Assembly (NCBI GenBank): GCA_050084985.1 | Contig: JBITNC010000001.1 | Coordinates: forward strand, 72,354,001 to 72,418,000 | DNA length: 64,000 nt | Direction: 5' to 3' | From: Nageia nagi | Lineage: Eukaryota; Plantae; Pinophyta | Part shown: positions 12,863-24,381 of the stretch, piece after piece | Layout of the letters: every line of letters starts with the position of its first letter | How positions within the stretch are numbered: the stretch's first letter is position 1 | The notes under the pieces: model-generated | What the model was told of the DNA's origin: nothing | The model's database searches: none | The model's input: the letters and a program-made list of their open reading frames with translations, nothing else | Position numbers and translations under genes: made by a program

Positions 12863-13150
12863 AGTCCGCCCTTCTCAAATTGCTTGTCCTCAAGCAATCC
12901 CAACACCAACTCGACCCTGCTCAGCTGAAACAAATTTAAATCATCTATGATACAAGGATTCCAAACAATTTTACCAAAGAGAACTTTACAAAACTATCCC
13001 AAATCCGTCTCAAGCCTCCATATGCCTCAAAACTGAGTGAAGGTAAGTCTGATTTAACGCAGGCCAACCAAAACTAAATATGAAACATGTCTGATTTCTT
13101 CAATACAGTAGTTAATGAAGACTGTTGAAATCTTCCAAAAATATCTAAAA

Positions 13151-14236
13151 TCATTGCTTATTGTTTCCCATAGTTGTACTATGCATAAAAATGATAAAAT
13201 CAGCAGTAGTAGCGAATGTGTCAATGAAATAAGAACTAGATAATGGAATTACAGCAGTCAGGTTGTTACCATCTTCAAAGTCACGTATGAAGTCCAATAA
13301 CTTATGTACCAAGCAATGGAGGATATTGAACACTTCATCAAAAGCAATTTTCTTTACCAAAAACAACACACATAACTCCTTACATGTCCTTTCATACTGC
13401 CGTTTCAGAATTGAATTGAGTGTGCATATCAAAATCTGAAACTTATTGTTCAAATTATGTTTATGTCCAAAACAAATATAACCCAAGCTTACAAAGGCTG
13501 AAATTGCATTTCTCAAACTAGCCAAAACTGAAATAGTAACCTTCAAACCCAAATCAAAGTAATGATGTTTATGAAAGCAAGTCATACCTCTAAATGTGGC
13601 AAAGGTCCATATTGCATCTTCATCACCAAGTCCATCATGAATACATAACAAGTTTGATTTTCTTATAACAACAATAAAAACATGGTGTTTGTACTCCCAA
13701 AATGTAGGCAAATTGAGTGATTCTCCATTCCTCATAATTGCATCATGTAGGAGCATCAATAAATCATCAATAATGATGGTTGGGCTCTTGGAAAAGTGGC
13801 TGGAATAAGAGTGTAACATGTCTGGTTTGCTCTTTCCAACGGCCATAAATGCATTACACTTATCTAACCTCACGCTTTCATTATTTCCCATCATTGTGCC
13901 ATGCATGAATGAAAGATAACTAGCAAATATCTCAAGAAAATATTGACTAAAAATGAAATTTACAGCAGTAATATCACAGCCAATTACGCAATTTATTACC
14001 TTCCATATGACTTCCAAACCATGCCAAATATTAGTGACTTCATCATAAATGCTTTCCTTGGCCAAAAACATGTTGCATACCTTTACTAATACTTCTTCAT
14101 ACTGCTGTAGTAACTTTGAACTGAATGTGCACATCATGGATGAAGACTTACTCACCCTTTCATGCTCAAACCTACAACAACCATGACTATGTGCTTCCAT
14201 AACTGAAAATACACTTTCAAAACCAACCCAATGCAA
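13151..14236 (-). CDS. 361-aa ORF of unknown function inside element A, with degenerate internal repeats
   Basis: Longest ORF in the window. Internal repeats FMHGTMMGNNE/FMHSTTMGNNK and QQYEEVLVKVCNMFLAK/RQYERTCKELCVLFLVK. No recognisable domain. Confidence 0.25.
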   Translation of the reverse strand: MHWVGFESVFSVMEAHSHGCCRFEHERVSKSSSMMCTFSSKLLQQYEEVLVKVCNMFLAKESIYDEVTNIWHGLEVIWKVINCVIGCDITAVNFIFSQYFLEIFASYLSFMHGTMMGNNESVRLDKCNAFMAVGKSKPDMLHSYSSHFSKSPTIIIDDLLMLLHDAIMRNGESLNLPTFWEYKHHVFIVVIRKSNLLCIHDGLGDEDAIWTFATFRGMTCFHKHHYFDLGLKVTISVLASLRNAISAFVSLGYICFGHKHNLNNKFQILICTLNSILKRQYERTCKELCVLFLVKKIAFDEVFNILHCLVHKLLDFIRDFEDGNNLTAVIPLSSSYFIDTFATTADFIIFMHSTTMGNNKQ

Positions 14237-15799
14237 AAAGTATATAACTTAAAATTCTCTGCAAAATGAAAATAAATTACTTCCCCTAATATGTTGGCAT
14301 CACTACAAGACACCAGTTTCTGAAACTCATCATGTTTTCTATCAACAAGCTTGTTGGTATGTTTTTTTTTCCTCACCCAAAACATGCACAAGATTTGAGC
14401 AAACAACGTTACATGCTTTCGCTTGAAAGGACTAGTCACCCCAAGTGCTCACATGGAATATGATCTTGATGGCTCAGCAGTCAAAGATGCATGTTGTTAA
14501 CCATATACAAGGGAAATACACGCTGGAGATCCTTTCCACAAATGAGGAATGACTACAAATATGAACGAAAGCGAAGAAAAATCACAAATGCAAGGACAAA
14601 CAAGGGATGAATGCAAGGGAATGCGAGGAAAGGAAAAGAGTTATGAAGACATCACCAAGGATACAGTGTCTTGGTAGGTTATCTTTAGATTCATTAAGGT
14701 CGATGTACTCACTATCAAGCCGGGCAGCAAATAGCAAATATGCTCAAATCACTACCAGACGAGAGCAATGAGCTGTAGGGTCTTTGTGGAAGACTCAATG
14801 GAGGGATGTAAAAAGTGAAGGTGTGAGTGCAAAAACCTAATCGAATGAGATAAAGACAAGCTATAAGCCTTAGAATATATCCACTTGCGTGCAAACTATG
14901 CAAAGAAGAATCAAACTCTTTTACATGAATAATCAATATGCAGCTCAAAGAAAGAACCATTCAGATATGCATAATCCCACAAATGATATTCCTCACAATA
15001 TAACTTTATGATTTTATTCCTCTAGATAAACACATTCATAATGATTTTCAACAACGAAACATGCATAGAACCCCTTATGCAACAATCTTCTATGCAATGG
15101 AATTTGAATCTCATATTATGCAAAGGCTCAAAATGATTACACAAATAAACCAATAGCCTGAATCTTAAAAATGCAAGAACTCCAATATATGATGCTTTCA
15201 TTACATGCAAACGTCCAATGCAAAATTGTACCAAGATCATATGCATAAATTCCTCATGTCAAAAATCCCTCTTGTCAAAATCCCTTTCTAAATGGCTCGA
15301 ATGGGGTATAAATAGGCCACCAGAAGTGTTTCCCGAAAGGCATCAAATTGGATATGGTGTGCACACATGCAACACACATATCGATATAAAATCAAATTGT
15401 CATAGAAAACTATGCAAGTGGCACTTAAAGCTGACAAAATATAAATGCCATTGCCAAAATGTGTCTAATCTATATCTAATCATGCAACAGAGAATTAGAT
15501 ATGCAATAAATAGTTTGAAAAAGTTTGACATCTAAACCGACGGGAGCAAAACCTCATCCTTGCACCGATCAGGGCCATAAATGAGTTTGACAGATTTGAT
15601 CTGGCGGGAGCAAAACCTTGTCCCTACACTAGTCAAATCGAAGTAAAACAAAGTCTGACATAACAATATGCATTAAACAAAGAAAGGATACCGTACGTAA
15701 AGTCTGCGGGGGAATTAGACCTAGGCCAGATCTGATTTGATACAAGCGGAATTCCACTCCTCGCTGGTGAGATCGTAGGACTCAATAGTCTCCTCCAAG

Positions 15800-18700
15800 A
15801 ACGCCACAATCTTCTGCACACCTCTGAGGTCATGTCGATACTATTGCCATTCTATCGAAAGTATCCTTCAATTTTTGGACATAGCCTGCATTTGGTGTCT
15901 CCAGATGACCATCTGCCTCTCATGAATGATGGGATGTCTTGCCTTCAGCAAGTTGAGATCATCAAGTTCAAGGTGCTCATGAATTAGATTTTGGGCCTCT
16001 GCCAATACTGCCTCCTTCTTGACATTGTTATCCTCCCCATGAATCTTGAGTTGATAAAGATATTCACTCATTTGTTCCTCAACCTACTTTCTCAAGGGGA
16101 CTTGATTTTTAGGATTGCATTGCACTTTTCCAATGCGTGGTTTAACCAATCATGATGATAGGTGAACTTGTGGCAATAGACCAATTTCTTAGGGTTGTTG
16201 GCATAAATGTGTTGCAAATGGGAAACATTGGGAAGATAATTATCCAACGTGTTGAGGTGTGCTGAAATTTGTGTCTTGAGATCTTTGATTTCAACACCTT
16301 CAGCAAGGAGCTTGTAAATCTGTGAAGACAATCTCTCGATGGCCTCCATTACTTTGTTCTTAAGCTGCTGCTCCATTAGTTCCCATCCTTCATGGAAGGA
16401 AGTTTGCTTCTGTAGGTGCAAAGGGGTGGTGCTAATTTTCTGGAACTCCTTTATAATCTTCCTACTTGCCATGAGTTCCTTCTTCAACCTCTTCATCTCC
16501 TTTTTGGCTTCATAGCCTTCCTGTTCCATAACTGCAACATTCTAAGTAACAATGTGTTTCCTGGTTGTCAACCCTAGTTTCACTAGCATCTTGAAAGTCT
16601 CAATGACACAGTCCTCCGTTCTTTGAGGGTGCTTCTATTTCGAGTAGCAATGGCTGATGGAGATCTCCTTTCGAGAGGTGGAGACGAAAGTGTCCACCCT
16701 CCGAATCTTCTCTCCATATGAAAGTTCTTCCTCATCATTTCAAAATGTAGTCCTTGTCTTTGTCTTCATCATGAGCCGTACTCATGCCAAGGGCTTTAAG
16801 GCAAAGCATTCAGGTCAAGATCTCTATGTTTGGTTGCTGGCTGAGGGGGAAACCTTTGAACCAACAATCTTTCTTTATTAATCTTCTTGACCTCCTTCGC
16901 TAGGTGGTCTGAACTACGGCCATTTCCTTGCCTTGATGCTCTTCCTGCCTCCTCTTCTTTTTCTACTCCTTAGTCTCTCCTTTGTCTTCTTCATCTGCTC
17001 CATTACTGCCTATAGATAAGCTTTTGTTCCGGAGCTGGGGAGATCTCTCATGACTCCTCTTGGTAGAGGATTTATGCGAAGAAGGGACTTCTTCCTATGT
17101 TCGGCAAGAGAGGACTTGGATGCAACCACCTATCTAGTGCATTTCTTCTCAATTATCTGGACGTCATCATCATAGGTACCAATGTCCACTATCTCATCAT
17201 TCAGAATGGTTTCAATCTCGGTTTCATCAGGTTCTGAAGCACCTATAAGCTATGTTCCTCTTGCTTAGGCATATTGGCAACATTGTCAACATCATCTTCT
17301 TCTTCTTCTTCTCTTTCGCTATGGCTCTCCGATTCTTCTCCAGAATCTTCCACCATGCGGTCAGATCTTCCTCAGTTTCTTCATCGGAAGAAGAAGAGGA
17401 ACGTTTAGAGATAGAGCTAGAACTTGGTTGTAAAGGGGGAACTTTCTCTCGTGGATCAAGAGAATGGGTGGATTTGAAAGGAATTGCCTTGGTGGACGAA
17501 CCACTATCACAAGCTGCATTCACCACATCGTCCAGCACATCCGAAGGGAGAGCATGATATCAGCATCTCTGAGATCAACCTCTATTACTTTGCACTTGCT
17601 GGGACCTAGGATGGGCTACCTTGAGGCCTCTTGTCTTTTTTTTGCAGGAAGTAAGAGTGTCTTTCCTGGCGAGGACGTGGTGTAGTAGTAGCAGGAGACT
17701 TGATCCTTAGAGGGACCTCTTTAGATTTGGGCTTGGTAGTTCGAGGCCTTTGAGGAGGCTTTTCTGCTTGGAGGGGAGCTTTTTTCTTGTTCAAAAGAGC
17801 ATCTATGCATGCAATTTCCCCTTTATCATGCACATTTCTGTATTTCTCCTCATTTCCCAAAGGCTTGTGTGGAAACGCAATGGGCCTATGGAAAGCTGTC
17901 TCATAGAAATGTGCTATTATCCCCTTAGGATCATAGTTCTTAGCAGTATCTTCCTTGAAGAAGTTGTACTGCTGTAGCTCTTCCCTCATATGTGTTGCCT
18001 CCACCCACATCTGGCACACATATCTGGATATAGAAATAGGCATGTTTATAGTGGCATTTTTCTTCTTCCAGACCTTCTCCTTCAGGAACAAAAGTTGCCT
18101 GGCAAACTCCATGAGAATCATCCTGTCGTTGGCATATCTTGGCAGGAAGAGGGGTTGCTCTTCTGAGTCATAACCCTGATGTATGTAAAATCAACGTCCT
18201 GCAGAAAGAAATCTGCATGTACACTGATGGTTGAATAGCTGCATCAAAAATCCTCTTGACAACGGACTCCCCTTTGATATCTTTGTAGATATCATATTCT
18301 AGTAATCGATCCTCTCATAGAAGTACTGGAACTTGTTTTGGTACCATCACTTTTAGTATGCTCTCCACACAGGGATGTTCTTCTGCCCCAAGTATCTTTC
18401 GTCAGCAAACTCCTTGGATCTAGCTTTGCTATGCAACAATAGTACACAAGATACGAGTTCATATAGAATGTTTTTGACAAGCCGGAATAGGCCAACTAAT
18501 GGCACAGGGCATCACTGATTACCCTAGCCCATCGGATAGGTCTCCCGGAATTGATTGTTACAATGAAACTTGTGAACTCTCTCTTGTACTTAACATCATT
18601 TTCCTGACCAGTCACCCTCGACATAAGAGAGATCCAACTTTGCCACAATTGGCAAAAATTCTTCTCTTCATGCACTGATCAACCTCTGCCTTGAAGGTTT

Positions 18701-19240
18701 TGGTATTCTTCAAGAAGGTAGGGTCAAATGTAGTCCTTAGGCTGGGTTGTGGAGTCATGGAACTCCTCAAAATAAGCTAGTGTATAATCGTCCCCATACC
18801 TTTTCTAGCCAAATCTGCTTCAACTCCAGTAGGGGCAAAGTGCATGATCACACTGCCTTCTGTGTCCTGCAGGACCCTTTTGTCATACTCACACTTCTTG
18901 GCCAACTAACTGCACAAGTCAGGAAAAGGTATTGCAAATGGCATCATAGCGGCTTGAACAAATTGCATGCGTGGATAAGCTCCTTTGATAAGTCCTCTTT
19001 GCCGATGGAGGACGTGGAGGCTAGGGTTAGAATAGGGTCCAAGTTTCCCCAATCTGTATCACCAACGAAGATATATCTCCCCTTGAATTTGGCTTCAAGG
19101 AGCTCTTGCTTGTTTTTCCATTGAAATTCTATCAAACTTTCCTTCAGGATCTGGTCATCTAGCTTTTGGTCACATGCCTCTCGAACAACTGGCTTTGAAC
19201 CTTCTTGGCTTTAATGAAGGTGCTTGATGTTCGAAGCCAT
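15800..19240 (-). pseudogene. Family ORF of E1, decayed, ~1150 codons, function unknown
   Basis: Fragments IFVGDTDWGNLDP, FYMNSYLVYY, LPRYANDRMILMEFARQL, YDPKGIIAHFY and HKPLGNEEKYRN, then a Ser/Glu-rich linker and a coiled-coil-like C-terminus. TATAAATA on the minus strand at 19636-19643. End is approximate. Confidence 0.75.
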
Positions 19241-20159
19241 GTAGAAACATTACTTATCTCCTCCCCTTTTCAACTCCTGATGTTGACCAATTTGGGCGCA
19301 CAATTTTGGATGAGTGCAAAAGCACAACCTTAAAAGCATGGGATTGGGCCTAGGTCAATTAGTCAATCTCAGGACCCAATTCTTCACTCTAGATTTGGTT
19401 CGCATGGTTTTGAATGAGTGCTTTGGGCACAACTTTGAAAGTATGTGACTAGGTCTAGAGGCTAGACTGAAATGCCTTAGCCAAAAAGGCTAATTGGATA
19501 TACAACGTCCCCAAAACCTTCTTTCCTCCTTGGTCACACGTTTTGGAACGGATGCCTAAGTATGCATGAGAAATGGTGTGATTGGGAAAGGGCGTGATTT
19601 TGAAATGGATGATAGAAATGATCAAGGGGTGGGAGTATTTATAGATTCATGTATACGCCAGGTGCCACCTTTCAATTGATCCGTCTAGGGGTCAAATAGA
19701 GGGCCAAAAACAAGAGCGCATGTTTCTTGAAGGGTGCAAAAGGACGTGATGAAAATGAAGCGACTAGGTCTTTAAGCACTTAGCCAAATTCCAGACTAGA
19801 TTTGAAGTTTAACTCTTGGTTGCAACCTTTTGGAGGGGTGCTAAAAGCATGTGCCTCAATCCTTGTGCTAAGTCTTTAGCATGCTTCCCAATGCCTAAGA
19901 TCTCAAGAAAACTTCAAAAAATGCAAGTGGTCCTTGGTCATATGTCAGGAGGGAGTGCTTTCTCTTCTCTACTCCCACGCTTTGCCCAACAAGTTTGCAA
20001 ACAGAAAGAAGGGGCTGACTTCCCTTTTATAGCCCTCTGGATAGGATAGGTGTCACCATGGGATAGGCATGGAAGGAGGTCCAGTGCATGGGTTCCCACT
20101 TGTCAACCGACGAAATCCAACATTTAGCCAATTTTCCTTCCTTATTTTGGTTGCATGGT

Positions 20160-20770
20160 TCTGGACGAGTGCAAAAGGACTCCTAAAAACCTTGCGACAA
20201 GTCTTGAGCCCAAGAAAATGACTAAGTATCCTCCACCTCGGTCGCACCGTTTTAGACAAGTGCAAAATGACTCCACAAAAAGCATGCGACAACCTTAAAG
20301 CTCAAAAAAATGCTAAGTATGAAAGTTGCTCTGGTCGCATCGTTTTTGGTGAGTGCAAAAGGACTCACCCAAAAACATGCAACAACTCTGAAAAATACTA
20401 AGTATAGAAGTTGCCATCTTGGTCGCACCTTTTCCAAGGGGTGCAAAAGGACTCCAATGAAAACATGCAATGCTAAATGATGCAAAAAAATGCTAAGTGT
20501 GAGGTGTTCACCCCGTTCGCACCTTTTCTAGAGGGTGCTAAAGCACTCCCTCAAAAACATACAATAGGCTGAAAATAGTTTTTTCTTTTCATTTTTAACA
20601 AAAACAACACATGAAATGCAGATGGAATCTCTACAACATAGAGGCCTTTAGGATGCCTTCAACACACGAACATGCAAGTGATAAAAAATGGAGAAGGTTG
20701 GTTAGTCCCATAGTTTGAGAGGGGTGCTAAAGCACTCATTGAAACACATGCGACATGCTTGAAAATGCGT
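20160..20770. repeat. ~90-bp degenerate tandem array in E1, upstream of the ORF
   Basis: Units gtgcaaaaggactc...catgcgacaa...ctaagtat...ggtcgcacc at about 20169, 20260, 20353, 20441 and 20535, with an outlier at ~20724. Confidence 0.8.
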
Positions 20771-21874
20771 GTTTTGACTTCAGCTATCATGAAAATGCAA
20801 TTTAAACATGTTACGAAGACTAGACCGAAAGGTATGCATTCTCTTTGACAAATTTCTTTCATGCAATTCCCTCTTTGTTTCCTTTAGGGTTCTCAAAATG
20901 CAAAAAATTTTGGGGTGTTGTGCCTCATCCTCATCATGCCCAAAAGAAATAGTACATTGCTTTCATAAAAATCAGAATTCAACTAGTACCTTTGTGGAAT
21001 GTTTCCATGGCTGCCCAAGTTTTGAATTTATCTTCCTTTTCTCCCTACAACTGATCATAGCACCTTTACACATGAAATTTTCTGTTTTACCTTGCCCAAG
21101 TTGAGCAAAAGAACATATATGCTATTTGCAACTCATCATATTAGTCTCAACCCTTATTGCATCAAAAATCATGCAATGTACAGCCATATTTGTATAAATT
21201 GTAGCCATGCTAATTGTCATCAAAACAGTCCAAAGCATTTTGCAATGTAGAATACCAAGTATGAAGAAAGATCTACATGCCAATTAAACTCACCAATCAA
21301 ATCAGTTTTAGAAGTGTCTTCCAACTCCATCAATCTGAAAATGAAGTGATCATTTTCCCATTTGTAACTGTAACACATTCTCAAAATGAAATCAGAAATC
21401 ATCAAGAGAAAATTATGAACAAATGCATGCCAAGATTCTACAATAAGTGCAACCCATCTATCCCATTTGCCTTTTAAACCATACTCCAAATGTACACAAG
21501 TGTTCCAATCAAGTGTGGAATTAGTCCTTTTGCTGTTCCAAAACTTCATCAAATTTGCAACTGTAATCCTCTCAATTTTTGCAATCATGGTGCTTCTTTG
21601 TTGGCTGTTCCTGTTGTGCCTACACAACTCACCCCAAAATGTGGCAATTTTGGGGACCCTTTGCAACTTAGTATCGTCAAGCATCTAGCTGGAACCACCT
21701 CTCCTCACCTCCAATAGATTCGAAATCAAGCCGATCACCCACCCAGTCTCAATCATGCCATATTGAGTAGTCAAAACCCTCGAAAATGGCTAAGTATGGA
21801 GAGTTTAAGTCGAACTTGGGAAGTCCGAGTCATGAACAGACCAAGTACGCTGGATCAAGGCCACTCCCAAGTTT

Positions 21875-22838
21875 GTGCACATGCTCCAGAAAGACAAAAT
21901 CTTGCCTTTCTGGGATGTGCGCTCGGGCCAGGAGGGCATTTGGTTTCGAGTCAAGTCTGAAAACTCAAACTAGGTCACTCTTGGACCTAGCGCATGCCAT
22001 TTAAAAGACAAAATCCTGTCTTTCTAGGGCATGCACCAAGCTCAAGAAGACCTCCTAGATGAAATGAAGGCCACAAAGAGAGAAGTTAAAGCATATCAAG
22101 GTTGGCACATGCCTCCAAAAGACAACATCTTGTCTTTTTGGAGCACGTCGCCCAACTTGGAGACTACGAGGAAGGACTTGGTTCCTGGAAAGATGGAGTG
22201 CACTCACCCAAGGGGCTGGTGCATGCCTCAAAAAGACACAATCTTGTCTTTTAGAGCATGCGCCTAGCCCAGGAAGGTTCCAGGATGAGACAAAGTGAAA
22301 ATTTGGCTCAAGTATGAAGCCTTCGAAGTTCGGATCTCGCTCCAACATGACTAGAGGGGCTGGCGCATTCCTTAAAAGGAAAGATTCATGAATTTTGGGA
22401 GCATGTGCCAAGGTTGGCGAGACACCAGGATGGAGCAAGATTGAAAATTTGACAAAGTCTCGAGAGTAGGAGACCAAAACAAGATAAATCCAATCATCTG
22501 CAACCCAGCGCATGCCCCAAGAAGACAAGTTCATGACTTTCTGTACCATGCGCCCAGACTGCGGAAGCTGGAGAAGTTGGAGGGTGTTTCAAAAAGACAA
22601 AATCTTGTCTTTTCAAACCGTGCGCCAGGCTTTGGGGCATCCTTTCTAGTCAGTTGAGGAAAATGAACAAGTTGGACCCTAGGGAAGTGAGCATCAAGCA
22701 AGATCAAGTCTCAGGATGGATCTCCAAGGTCAAGTTGGATGAACAAGAGTGCAAGGAAGGCCAACGTGGGGAATACATCCACCCCCAAGGTTGGTGCATG
22801 CTCTAGAAAGACAAAATCCTGTCTTTTCTGAGCATAGG
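21875..22838 (+). repeat. Array of 8 palindromic ~50-bp repeats separated by dissimilar spacers (E2)
   Basis: Consensus ggcgcatgcctcaaaaagacaaaatcttgtcttttgggagcatgcgcc at about 21875, 21990, 22103, 22215, 22360, 22507, 22585 and 22790. Confidence 0.9.
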
Positions 22839-22992
22839 TTGGAAGACACCCTAAACCCCCCATGCTTGGTCTTGGTCGGCAGGAAGTGAAGTTTCATGAT
22901 GGCACACATCTCGAGGTCAGCCACTTGGATGGTTGGGATGTATTTTTCTCCATAACCTAGCCGACTAGGGTTTCAAGAAAGCCCACATCAGC

Positions 22993-23000
22993 TATAAATA
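22993..23000 (+). promoter_or_regulatory. TATA box upstream of the E2 ORF
   Basis: gcccacatcagcTATAAATA, identical in E5 (63403-63410), about 200 bp before the ATG. Confidence 0.6.
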
Positions 23001-24381
23001 CCAACTTGGGGACCTTATTTTCCCAAATTCAAATCACACTCTTCTACATTTGCGTCAAAATTGTAGAATTTTGAGTTTGAAATTTGCCTATTTGCTTGGG
23101 AAGGCTTGCGCAAGGGAACAAGGAGGGAGGTGTGGAGGTCACAGGCTTGCAGAAAAGCCAACACATCACCTTGAAAGGTCCTCGACACTTGCTAAAACAT
23201 CATGGCTAGTTCCCAAAGCAATTCGGCCAAGGATTGCGCGAGATCTGGAGTGCATCAGGCAAAGGTGTATCATCACTATATGCGAGCGAGGAGACTCCCT
23301 ATCCCAGGGGGCTAAGTTCTCCAAGAACAGGTTGTGCACTATCGGAGACACAGACTGGCAGAACGTGGATCCAATATAGATGAGAGAAAAGATCAAAAAC
23401 AAGCCATTTAGTGAGTTGAAACAGGATATTGTCTTCTTCTCTGGGCTCTCAAACTGTGCTTTTGTCCCATTCACAACCCATTCTAGAAGTTGGTCAACAT
23501 TGGAAGAAAGGTGAAAGGGTGCTCCGCGACATCAAGGGTGATGTCATCATGGACTTTGGCCTCGAAGGCATTAAGGCCGCATTTTTGTGGACTTCGGAGG
23601 GCAATTTTGAGTATATGGAGGAGCAATCGTTGGCATGATATCGAGACACCAATAGAGCAGCCGTAGCAATCAAGAGTTGGATGTTCGATGAGCACCATGG
23701 CTTGAAGGGTAACACGCTCATCAATGCCCCTTGCTCCCACTTCCATCTCTCCGTCGAATTAACGATCCTCATGTTGTCACGAGTTCTCGGGAAGGAGGAT
23801 GCGTCCAAGTTCTGGAAAGAGTTCTTTAGCTTCATCGTGGAGATAGCCAGGGGGAAGAAGATCAAATGGAGTAAGGTGTTGAGCGATAGCATCATGGACC
23901 AGCTATCATCAGTGGGAACCACACACAATTTTCACCTTAATTCTTACTTGATATACCTGTTGCTCCACAGCAAGCAAAGGCCTACTGCCTTAGGGGAGGC
24001 TGATTTGAACGAGAAGGGAACATATGCTATGTGGAAGTGCTACCCAAAGTGGAAGATCGAGAGGAGATGGGAGAATTTCGCAATGAACTATGATGGATGG
24101 GAATACGAAATCTACAAGGAGCTTAAAGGAGAGATCACTAATTACAGAATCTCCAAGTCATCTAGGATGCGTTGAGGAAACATGGAGACTTATTCGTCCA
24201 TCACCAACATTACTCCTACATTCGTCTCTACGGATCAACTGTGGAGCCATATTAACTACCTCGGTACGTGAGCAACAGGATGCTCCTGATGGAGATGATG
24301 AGGCAGTTGACCTACCTGCATGAGCATGTTTGGCAGAAGAAGTCAGTCACTTCCAATCTGCCAGTCATAGTAGGAGACAAT

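Larger units (their letters stand above)
14492..20936 (-). mobile_element. Giant TG..CA element, copy E1 (6.4 kb), with ORF
   Basis: Minus strand starts tgatgaggatgaggcacaacaccccaaaatt...attttgagaaccc and ends ...ggttaacaaca. Imperfect TSD atgca/(a)tgcc. Contains the family ORF and a ~90-bp repeat array. Confidence 0.75.

Noticed and set aside
21875-22838. True CRISPR array
   Set aside because: The context is a eukaryotic intron and TE, with no cas genes. Repeats are degenerate, spacer lengths vary widely, and spacers are homologous position by position between the two copies.
21763-22924. Short ORFs over the palindrome arrays (also 62288-63220)
   Set aside because: Frames are not conserved between E2 and E5; they are by-products of the GC-richer repeats.
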